A stretch of 64,000 nucleotides of DNA, from the NCBI GenBank assembly GCA_025453395.1, contig JALOQK010000002.1, positions 21,625 through 85,624 of the forward strand, in the 5' to 3' direction. Position numbers and translations under genes: made by a program. Origin of the DNA: Candidatus Omnitrophota bacterium. Lineage in GTDB: Bacteria > Omnitrophota > Gorgyraeia > Gygaellales > Profunditerraquicolaceae. A model generated the notes under the pieces. It had not been told where the DNA came from. It was given only the letters and a program-made list of their open reading frames with translations, and did no database searches. This document shows, piece after piece, positions 57,032-64,000 of this stretch (the first letter of the stretch is position 1; every line of letters starts with the position of its first letter).

Positions 57032-57162
57032 CTTAATGAGCCCAAAACTTACGGAAGCGATAGCGACGTAAGTTTTATGGGCGAATTAACTCCGACGAAT
57101 GCCCGAAAATTTACGTAAGGAAATTTTCGGAGCGTTTATGAGTCGGAGCAGATAATAGCGTA

Positions 57163-58644
57163 GTGGCAAGTCAGTGCGACGCCACGACCCATCTAATCCC
57201 TATGCGTCACATTTTTTTTATTTTATCTTTATTATTCCTAAACATCTCTTTTGCCCAAGAAGTAAAACTTCCCGATGCCGCAGGAGGATTTTATCCGGAT
57301 GACCCCAAGCAATTATCCGACATGATAGATGCCTGCCTTAAAGATGCAAATCCTAAAACGCCAGAGGGTAGAATTCTTGCCATTATTGCCCCGCACGCAG
57401 GATACGGCTTTTCTGCTGGCACCGCCGCCTTTTCCTATAAGCTTGTAGAGGGCACGCCTTATAAAACAGTGATTATAATCGGCCCCAGCCACTTTTATTC
57501 TTTTGCGGGTGTTTCAGTTTATCCATCCGGGGTTTTTCGCACTGCCTTAGGCGATGTCCCAGTTGACAGTGATTTTACCGCTAAGCTTTTAAATCAAAAC
57601 CCGGAAATAATCTTTGATCCTAAGGCCTTTGAAAAAGAACATTCTGTTGAGGTACAGCTTCCATTCTTACAAAAGACATTGGTAGATTTTAAGATTGTTC
57701 CCATTGCTATGGGTGATTGCACTTTGGGCGCCTGTCAGAAGCTTTCAGATTTTTTAAGCGCGGCAATTGGAGCAAGGGATGATGTTTTGGTGGTAGTTTC
57801 AAGCGACCTTTGCCACAGTTATAATTATCATCTTACGGAGAAAACCGACCGCGCTACTTTAGATGCTTTGCTTAAGATGGATGACGAAGCGTTTTATTAT
57901 GGCGTGCGTGACGGTAAATTTCAGGCCTGCGGGGCCTTTCCGATAGTGGTTGCCTTAAAGTTGGCCAAGGCAAAGGGTTTTAAAGATTTAGAAGTTTTAA
58001 AATACACTAATTCAACCGAGGTTATTTCTAAGAAAGAAAAAGGCGTATGGTCCGTAGGATATGCCGCGTCCGTTATAAGCGCTAAACCGGAGGGTGAAAA
58101 TATGTTAGACACAAAACAGCAAAAGCGGTTGCTTCAGATTGCCCGTCAGGCAATAATAGAACATTTTAAAGGCAAGAAGGCAGAAGAAATCAAAGAAACT
58201 GACCCGGATTTATCCAAGCCAATGGGGTCTTTTGTAACTTTGCATAATAAGGGCAAGCTTCGCGGATGTATCGGTAATATCATCGGCGGAAAACCGCTTT
58301 ATCTGACGGTAAGGGACATGGCAATTGCCGCCAGCACCCAGGATTATCGTTTTTCTCCAGTTGAGGAAGCAGAACTAAAGGATATAGATATTGAAATTTC
58401 AGTTTTATCTGTTCCGCAGAGAGTCGCTTCCGCAGAAGAAATTCAATTGGGGAAACACGGAGTAATCGTTAAGCGCGATGGCCACAATGGAGTATTCTTG
58501 CCTCAAGTTGCTACAGAGACCGGATGGACAAAAGAGGAATTTTTGTCAGAGTTGTGCCAGCAGAAGGCAGGCCTTGCGCCTAGCGCTTGGAAAGATCCGC
58601 AAACCGAACTTTATATTTTTACCGCGCAGGTGTTTAAGGAGTAG
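57163..58644 (+). CDS. Memo-like (AmmeMemoRadiSam system protein B) fused to AMMECR1 domain, with apparent signal peptide
   Basis: N-terminal half FYPDDP..ILAIIAPHAGYGFSAG..VIIIGPSHF (Memo/DUF52-type). C-terminal half ..MGSFVTLHNKGKLRGCIGNIIG.. (AMMECR1 RGCIG motif). The probable true start MRHIFFILSLLFLNISFAQE at 57202 looks like a Sec signal. Confidence 0.7.
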   Translation: MASQCDATTHLIPMRHIFFILSLLFLNISFAQEVKLPDAAGGFYPDDPKQLSDMIDACLKDANPKTPEGRILAIIAPHAGYGFSAGTAAFSYKLVEGTPYKTVIIIGPSHFYSFAGVSVYPSGVFRTALGDVPVDSDFTAKLLNQNPEIIFDPKAFEKEHSVEVQLPFLQKTLVDFKIVPIAMGDCTLGACQKLSDFLSAAIGARDDVLVVVSSDLCHSYNYHLTEKTDRATLDALLKMDDEAFYYGVRDGKFQACGAFPIVVALKLAKAKGFKDLEVLKYTNSTEVISKKEKGVWSVGYAASVISAKPEGENMLDTKQQKRLLQIARQAIIEHFKGKKAEEIKETDPDLSKPMGSFVTLHNKGKLRGCIGNIIGGKPLYLTVRDMAIAASTQDYRFSPVEEAELKDIDIEISVLSVPQRVASAEEIQLGKHGVIVKRDGHNGVFLPQVATETGWTKEEFLSELCQQKAGLAPSAWKDPQTELYIFTAQVFKE

Positions 58645-58650
58645 CCTAAT

Positions 58651-59385
58651 ATGAGAAGATTTTTCTGCCCTTCGGAGAATATCAGGAATAATAAAATATG
58701 CATTAGTGACAAAGATACGCTTCATCATATAAAAGATGTCTTGCGCATGAAGCCAAAAGACGAAGCAGTTATTTTTAGTGAAAAATCCGATGAATTTAAA
58801 GCCTGTCTGGAATCTGTGGATGAAGAAAAGGCCCAGTTTTTTATTAAGCAAGCTTTGATGCCCTCAAAAGAGCAGTTACTTAAGATTACGGTTTGTTGCG
58901 CTATTCCCAAAAAAGCCAAGATGGATGAAATTGTGGATAAGCTTACTCAGCTTGGTGTAGAGAAGATTATTCCGTTAGCCAGCGACCATGTGATCGGGCG
59001 CATGGACAAACAAAGGCAAAAGGAAAAAGTCGCGCGCTGGCAAAGGATCGCTAAAAGCGCCAGCCTCCAAAGCCAGAGGAATATCATACCGGTTGTAGAA
59101 GAGATTAAAACCGTGGATGAGGCGCTTAAAGAAAACAATGCTTTTGACCTTAAGGTCATTGCTAATTTAGCCAATCGCCCCAAATTCCTAAAAGATGTTT
59201 TTTCCCCGGATAAGCACAAGAGGATTCTTGTTTTTATCGGTCCAGAAGGTGATTTTTCCGCGCGGGAAATAAATTTGGCCTTAGAAAATTCCTGTGTTGC
59301 GGTTTCCCTGGGAGAAACTACCCTTAGGGTGGATACCGCGGCGATTGCGGTGGTAAGTTATATAAAGCTTAGTAACGCGTGTTAG
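58651..59385 (+). CDS. rsmE: 16S rRNA (uracil1498-N3)-methyltransferase RsmE
   Basis: RFF.. N-terminus, PUA-like domain, C-terminal SPOUT knot motif VFIGPEGDFSAREI .. SLGETTLRVDTAAIA. Confidence 0.75.
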   Translation: MRRFFCPSENIRNNKICISDKDTLHHIKDVLRMKPKDEAVIFSEKSDEFKACLESVDEEKAQFFIKQALMPSKEQLLKITVCCAIPKKAKMDEIVDKLTQLGVEKIIPLASDHVIGRMDKQRQKEKVARWQRIAKSASLQSQRNIIPVVEEIKTVDEALKENNAFDLKVIANLANRPKFLKDVFSPDKHKRILVFIGPEGDFSAREINLALENSCVAVSLGETTLRVDTAAIAVVSYIKLSNAC

Positions 59386-59390
59386 CTAAA

Positions 59391-59480
59391 AATTAAAAGC
59401 GCAAAGCGTAAAACGATAATCCAAAATTCAAAATTTTTAATTTTACGCTATAGCTTTTCGCTTTTCGCTTTACGCTTTTA
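59391..59480. repeat. family A heptad-periodic palindromic element (copy 2)
   Basis: aaaagcg caaagcg taaaacg ataatcc aaaattc aaaattt ttaattt tacgcta tagcttt tcgcttt tcgcttt acgcttt. Left and right arms are reverse complements. Confidence 0.8.
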
Positions 59481-59488
59481 GCTTATTT

Positions 59489-60724
59489 ATGAAAAAGACC
59501 ATTAAATTTTATACCCTCGGCTGTAAGGCCAACCAATACGAAACACAGAGCATAAGAGAATACTTTTTGAATAATGGTTTTAGCGAGAAAGAAGGTAGCG
59601 CTAAAGCAAATGTCTATGTTATTAATACCTGTACGGTAACTTCCAAGGCTGACAGCCAATCGCTTAATATTATCCGCCGCCTGCGCAAGGAAAATCCAAA
59701 GGCTAAAATTATTGTTACCGGGTGTTTGACTGAATTAGACGCGGATAAAATTAAACAAGCCTGCCAGGTTGATTCCATTATTAAGAATAAAGACAAAAAT
59801 AAGATTTCCCAATCCATTTCATATTTTAAAAACCATACCCGCGCTTTCTTAAAAGTGCAAGACGGCTGTAATTATTTCTGTTCGTATTGTAAAGTGCCTT
59901 TGGTGCGCGGGCGTTCTCAAAGCCGGGATTTTAATCAGATCATTTCCGAAGCCGAGAGGCTTTCGGCCAATGGCTATAAGGAAATTGTTTTAACCGGCAT
60001 TTGCCTGGGCTCTTATCAGGATTTGGCAAAATTAGTAAGCACTTTAGAGAAAATCCCTGGGTTGCTGCGTTTAAGATTAAGCTCCATTGAGCCGCAAGAT
60101 ATAAAAGATGATCTAATAAAAGTTATCAAGAATTCTTCGGTTTTATGCCGGCATTTGCATATTCCGTTACAAAGCGGAGATGATAGTATTCTAAAGAAAA
60201 TGCGCCGGCGTTACAGCAGCAAAGATTTTTTGCGGTTAGTTAAGAAAATCCGCAAGAATATCCCCGGCATTGCCATTACTACCGATTGTTTAGTGGGGTT
60301 TCCCGGCGAAACAAAAGAGAATTTTCAGAATACTGTAAAATTGATAAAAGAAATAAATCCTCTTAAGGTGCATATCTTTCCGTATTCGCCGCGGCCAGGC
60401 ACGCAAAGCTACCTAAAATATAAAACGCAAGTTGATTTAGAAGAAGTAAAAGAAAAATGCCGCATGCTTGAGGCAGTAAACTCTAATCAAGCCAAGAAAT
60501 ACTTACGTAAATTCTTAAATAAGCCGATGGATGTTCTAATAGAGGGCAAGGTTAAAGGCGCAAGCGAATTTTGGCAGGGGCATACTTCAAATTACATAAA
60601 AGTGCTTGTGGATTCCAAGGAAAATTTGTATAATAAAATAATAAAAGTTGCGCCTAATAAGCTTAAGAATGAGTGTTTGCAAGCTATAAGCTATAAGCGT
60701 AGAGCGAAAAATGCAAAACCATAA
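59489..60724 (+). CDS. MiaB-like tRNA/ribosomal methylthiotransferase (MTTase domain + radical SAM + TRAM)
   Basis: N-terminal MTTase Cys triad (LGCKAN, NTCTV, TGCL), radical-SAM CNYFCSYC, C-terminal TRAM-like domain. 411 aa. Confidence 0.75.
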   Translation: MKKTIKFYTLGCKANQYETQSIREYFLNNGFSEKEGSAKANVYVINTCTVTSKADSQSLNIIRRLRKENPKAKIIVTGCLTELDADKIKQACQVDSIIKNKDKNKISQSISYFKNHTRAFLKVQDGCNYFCSYCKVPLVRGRSQSRDFNQIISEAERLSANGYKEIVLTGICLGSYQDLAKLVSTLEKIPGLLRLRLSSIEPQDIKDDLIKVIKNSSVLCRHLHIPLQSGDDSILKKMRRRYSSKDFLRLVKKIRKNIPGIAITTDCLVGFPGETKENFQNTVKLIKEINPLKVHIFPYSPRPGTQSYLKYKTQVDLEEVKEKCRMLEAVNSNQAKKYLRKFLNKPMDVLIEGKVKGASEFWQGHTSNYIKVLVDSKENLYNKIIKVAPNKLKNECLQAISYKRRAKNAKP

Positions 60725-60860
60725 TTCAAAACTTAAAATTTTAAATTTTACGCTATAGTTTTACGCTTTGCGCTTTAAGTTTTTAGTTTTTAAGGTTTTG
60801 AATTTTTAATTATGGCTTTTAGCTCTTAGTTTTTAGCTTACAGCTTACAAGGAGGCTGAT
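60725..60860. repeat. family A element (copy 3) with core in both orientations
   Basis: ataattcaaaacttaaaattttaaattttacgctatag .. ttttgaatttttaattatgg (reverse complement of core) .. tagctta cagctta. Confidence 0.75.
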
Positions 60861-61349
60861 ATGTTTAAAAGATTGTTCTGTCTGGTTGTTATTTTTATTC
60901 TTCCGGCAATAGTTTTTGCTTTAGAGGAACAGATTACGGTTACAACTTATTATCCCAGCCCCTATGGCTCATACGCGGAACTGCGTTCAAAGAAAATGGT
61001 AATTGGAGCTACCTATATAAAAGAAAGTACTTTGCCAACTTCTTCTGTTGCGGATAGTAATTTAATAGTAGAAGGAAATGTTGGTATTGGGATAACAGCT
61101 CCGGTAGCAAAGTTGGAGGTGAATGGTGCTGCTATAATTCAGGGTAATGCCGTAATTAATAATGGTGCTAATATCATGAATGGCCTGCAAACTGATCAAC
61201 TTAGAGTTATGAGTACAGTCCAATTCCCTTTCCCCCCACCCGGTCCGGTTGGTTCTAGTATTTTATGTGTAAAAAATGGTGGTTTTATCGGAACCTGTAA
61301 TCCTACTATAAATGGAGGTACTAATACGTTTACATGTATTTGTAACTAA
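60861..61349 (+). CDS. small secreted Cys-containing protein with tail-fibre-like repeat motif
   Basis: Signal peptide LFCLVVIFILPAIVFA. Motif EGNVGIGITAPVAKLEVNG resembles the xVGIGTTxPxxKLxVxG motif of phage tail-fibre / endosialidase-chaperone-associated proteins. C-terminus has 5 Cys. Confidence 0.45.
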   Translation: MFKRLFCLVVIFILPAIVFALEEQITVTTYYPSPYGSYAELRSKKMVIGATYIKESTLPTSSVADSNLIVEGNVGIGITAPVAKLEVNGAAIIQGNAVINNGANIMNGLQTDQLRVMSTVQFPFPPPGPVGSSILCVKNGGFIGTCNPTINGGTNTFTCICN

Positions 61350-61520
61350 TCATTCCAATATAGCCTGCATAGATAAATTTATGCATTTATTTGTAAGATT
61401 GCCTTCTTTTTTGCGTCTAATAGCGTAAGAGAGGAGGTTTTTTATGTCTACCATTAAAGTGTCAAGTTAAATCCCAAATCCAAATAATACCAAATCCCGG
61501 ATTGTCTGGTATGAGTAAAT

Positions 61521-61590
61521 GACGGTAGCGAAAAGTGTAAAGCGAAAAATGTAAAAGTATAATTTAAAATTAAAAACAGAAAGAGAGAAA
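61521..61590. repeat. family A element fragment (copy 4)
   Basis: agcgaaaagtgtaaagcgaaaaatgtaaaagtataatttaaaattaaaaac. Confidence 0.6.
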
Positions 61591-61955
61591 TGAACAGCCA
61601 GAATTTGAAATTAAAAGATAGGGCATATCAGTATTCTGTAAAAATAATTGAGTTTCTGGATATATTACCCAAAGATACATCAACCCAGGTTATTTTGAAG
61701 CAACTATTAAGGTCAGCTACTTCTATAGGAGCAAATATTATTGAAGCACAGGCCTCAAGCTCAAAGAGAGATTTTACTAATTTCTTCAGTTATTCTCTTA
61801 AATCTGCTAATGAGAGTTTGTATTGGTTGAGTTTATTAAAAGATGCTAGGAAAGTAGGTAATCCTCAATTAGGGTATCTTTTGGTTGAAACTCAAGAATT
61901 AGCAAATATACTAGCAGCGAGTATTTTGACCTTAAAAGGTAAGAATAAGTTTTGA
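61590..61955 (+). CDS. four-helix-bundle protein (TIGR02436 / 23S rRNA intervening-sequence protein family)
   Basis: ..AYQYSVKIIEFLDILPKD .. LLRSATSIGANIIEAQ .. SLKSANESLYWLSLLKD pattern of this family. Confidence 0.7.
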   Translation: MNSQNLKLKDRAYQYSVKIIEFLDILPKDTSTQVILKQLLRSATSIGANIIEAQASSSKRDFTNFFSYSLKSANESLYWLSLLKDARKVGNPQLGYLLVETQELANILAASILTLKGKNKF

Positions 61956-62000
61956 ATTTTTAATTATAGTTTTTAGCTTTAAGCTTTAAGCTGAGCATAC
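61951..62000. repeat. family A element fragment (copy 5, core in reverse orientation)
   Basis: ttttgaatttttaattatag tttttagctttaagctttaagctgagc. Confidence 0.6.
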
Positions 62001-62094
62001 AACTTGCAGCTGTTTTTTGCTTTGACAGGGACCAAGAGCTGTCTTATAATAGAACTCTTGTATTGCTATTATCATAATAAAATGGAGGATTTAA

Positions 62095-63144
62095 ATGAGC
62101 GCGGAAAAGAAAAAAGAAGAGCATAAGAAAGAAGAGCACAAGAAGGAAGAGGCCAAAGAATTATCCAATCGTCAAAAGGCGCTGGAGCTGGCGCTTGCCC
62201 AGATTGAGAAACAGTTTGGCAAAGGTTCAATTATGAAAATGGGAAGCGAAACCCGCTTTGATGTGGAGGCTATCCCTACCGGAGCCCTGACTTTAGATTT
62301 AGCTTTAGGTGTTGGAGGCCTGCCAAGAGGAAGGGTCATTGAGATTTTTGGGCCAGAGGCTTCTGGTAAAACGACTCTTACTTTAAGCGTAATTAAAGAG
62401 ATCCAGAAAAAAGGCGGGGTGGCGGCTTTTATTGACGCGGAGCATGCCTTTGATTCCACATATGCCAAAGTCGTGGGTATTAATCTGGATGATCTTTTGA
62501 TTTCCCAGCCTGACACCGGTGAGCAGGCGCTGGAGATTGCCGAGACCCTGGTGCGCTCCAATGCCGTGGATTTAGTGGTCATAGATTCAGTGGCGGCTTT
62601 AACTCCCAGGGCGGAAATTGAAGGCGAGATGGGTGATTCGCATGTGGGGCTGCAGGCGCGGCTTATGTCGCAGGCTTTAAGAAAACTTACCGCGGCTATC
62701 TCTAAATCCCGCACCTGTGTTATTTTCATTAACCAGCTGCGCGAGAAGATCGGGGTAATGTTTGGCTCTCCGGAAACTACTCCCGGAGGCAGAGCCTTAA
62801 AGTTTTATTCTTCGGTCAGGCTTGACTTAAGAAGGATCCAGACTTTAAAACTCGGCGAACAAGTAGTCGGTAACCGCGTCAGGGCAAGGGTAGTTAAGAA
62901 TAAAGTCGCCCCTCCTTTTAGAGAGGCGGAATTTGAGACGCTGCATAACGAAGGAATAGCCAAGGTAAATACCATTTTGGACGCGGCAGTGAATTTAGAG
63001 ATCGTGGAGAAATCCGGCACTTGGCTTTCTTTTGCCGGAGAGAAACTGGGGCAGGGCCGTGACGCGGCAATTAAGCTGTTAAGGGAAAAGTCCAAGATCG
63101 CGGATGATATTGAGAAGGAAGTCAGGAAGAGAATATCTTTGTAG
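62095..63144 (+). CDS. recA: recombinase RecA with Lys/Glu-rich N-terminal extension
   Basis: ..[24 protein letters not shown].. Walker [11 protein letters not shown]1/L2 loops. Extra N-terminal [21 protein letters not shown]. Confidence 0.95.
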   Translation: MSAEKKKEEHKKEEHKKEEAKELSNRQKALELALAQIEKQFGKGSIMKMGSETRFDVEAIPTGALTLDLALGVGGLPRGRVIEIFGPEASGKTTLTLSVIKEIQKKGGVAAFIDAEHAFDSTYAKVVGINLDDLLISQPDTGEQALEIAETLVRSNAVDLVVIDSVAALTPRAEIEGEMGDSHVGLQARLMSQALRKLTAAISKSRTCVIFINQLREKIGVMFGSPETTPGGRALKFYSSVRLDLRRIQTLKLGEQVVGNRVRARVVKNKVAPPFREAEFETLHNEGIAKVNTILDAAVNLEIVEKSGTWLSFAGEKLGQGRDAAIKLLREKSKIADDIEKEVRKRISL

Positions 63145-63250
63145 CGTAAAGTGTAAAGCGAAAAACTAAAAGTTATAATTCAAAATTCAAAAGTTTTTAA
63201 TTTTGCGTTATAGTTTTACGCTTTTAGCTTTAAGTTTTTAGCTATCTAAA
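63145..63250. repeat. family A heptad-periodic palindromic element (copy 6)
   Basis: gcgtaaagtgtaaagcgaaaaactaaaagttataattcaaaattcaaaagtttttaattttgcgttatagttttacgcttttagctttaagtttttagcta. Confidence 0.8.
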
Positions 63251-63264
63251 ACAGTGAGGAGAAA

Positions 63265-64000
63265 ATGAAAAATAAAATATTCCTTTATTTTGCAGTATTT
63301 TCTGTCCTTAGTTTTCTAAATGTTCAAGCTCAGAATCTGCCGGCGGTAAATTCTGCGCAAGGCCAGTTTAGCCTGCAGGATGCGGTTATCAATGTTGCCA
63401 GCACCGTTGGTAAAGCGGTAGTATCTATAAGCACCGAAAAAACCGAGAAGATCGGTGTTCCGGGAAAGTCCAGCCGCAGGTTTTATTTTAACCGCCCTTT
63501 CGGTAATAATCAGTACGGGCAAGGCCAGGAAGAATTCTTTGATCGTTTCTTTGAGGATTTTTTCGGGGATATGCCGGAAAGAGAATTTAAACAAAAAGGG
63601 CTAGGCTCGGGAGTAATCATAAGCGAAGACGGTTTTATTTTAACCAATGAGCATGTGATTAGCGGCGCGGATAAGATCACTGTTACCTTGTCCGACGGCA
63701 GAGAGTTTAAGGCAGAGTTGAAAGGCCAGGATGTGCGCTCGGATTTGGCGGTAATCAAGATTAGCGCCGGCAAGAATATCCCTTACGCGAAATTAGGCAG
63801 TTCCGATAGTTTAAGAATTGGGGAATGGGTGGTGGCGATAGGCAACCCTTATGCTTTTGTGATGCAAAACCCCGAGCCTACGGTAACTACAGGAGTAATA
63901 AGCGCGCTGCATCGTTCTTTAGGAAGGACCATGTCCGGCCAAGACCGGGATTACAATGATTTAATCCAGACTGACGCCGCGATTAATCCGGGGAATTCCG
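63265..64000 (+). CDS. htrA: periplasmic serine endoprotease HtrA/DegP family (3' end beyond window)
   Basis: Signal peptide, then GSGVIISEDGFILTNEHVI (His), DLAVIKI (Asp) and the start of the Ser motif ..TDAAINPGNS. Ribosome-binding site gaggag upstream. No stop codon before the window end. Confidence 0.85.
   Translation, partial: MKNKIFLYFAVFSVLSFLNVQAQNLPAVNSAQGQFSLQDAVINVASTVGKAVVSISTEKTEKIGVPGKSSRRFYFNRPFGNNQYGQGQEEFFDRFFEDFFGDMPEREFKQKGLGSGVIISEDGFILTNEHVISGADKITVTLSDGREFKAELKGQDVRSDLAVIKISAGKNIPYAKLGSSDSLRIGEWVVAIGNPYAFVMQNPEPTVTTGVISALHRSLGRTMSGQDRDYNDLIQTDAAINPGNS

Noticed and set aside
59489-60724. Radical-SAM gene as the missing third component of the AmmeMemoRadiSam system
   Set aside because: The protein has the N-terminal MTTase Cys triad and a C-terminal TRAM domain, typical of the MiaB/RimO/MtaB family. 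It is not the PFL-activase-like AmmeMemoRadiSam enzyme.

Overview
This is a 64-kb bacterial chromosomal window in which every credible gene is on the + strand. I can support about 66 CDS and one tRNA-Ala(CGC); minus-strand ORFs in the track all lie inside well-supported + strand genes. The content is mostly housekeeping operons. In order: a pseudopilin cluster preceded by two paralogous secreted proteins; dus, recG, rsmD, coaD; yceD-rpmF-plsX-fabH-fabD-fabG-acpP-fabF; leuC-leuD-leuB-asd-truA; two large polytopic membrane proteins; rplM-rpsI; a long biosynthetic gene string argCJBD-argF-argG-argH-lysA-dapF-dapA-dapB-dapL-folK-panC-nadX; a small duplicated basic protein; uvrA; a TPR protein with exbB-exbD; a complete type IV pilus-like assembly operon (HTH, PilM-PilN fusion, PilO, PilP, secretin, ATPase, platform protein, four pilin-like genes); tRNA-Ala; a Memo-AMMECR1 fusion, rsmE, a MiaB-like methylthiotransferase, recA and the 5' end of htrA. 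The most unusual signals are structural rather than gene-level. (1) Heptanucleotide-periodic simple repeats with an AGC core (units such as AAAAGCG, ATCAGCT, TAAAGCT, AAAAGTC) build palindromic intergenic elements, and the same units sit in frame inside recG, leuC, argC, lysA and dapF. (2) A second palindromic element family built from 10-bp GGTTACATGA-type units occurs four times at operon boundaries. (3) The pilus locus has non-canonical features: a PilM-PilN fusion, non-Gly/Phe prepilin junctions, and a leading HTH gene. All product calls rest on motif recognition by eye; no database search was possible.
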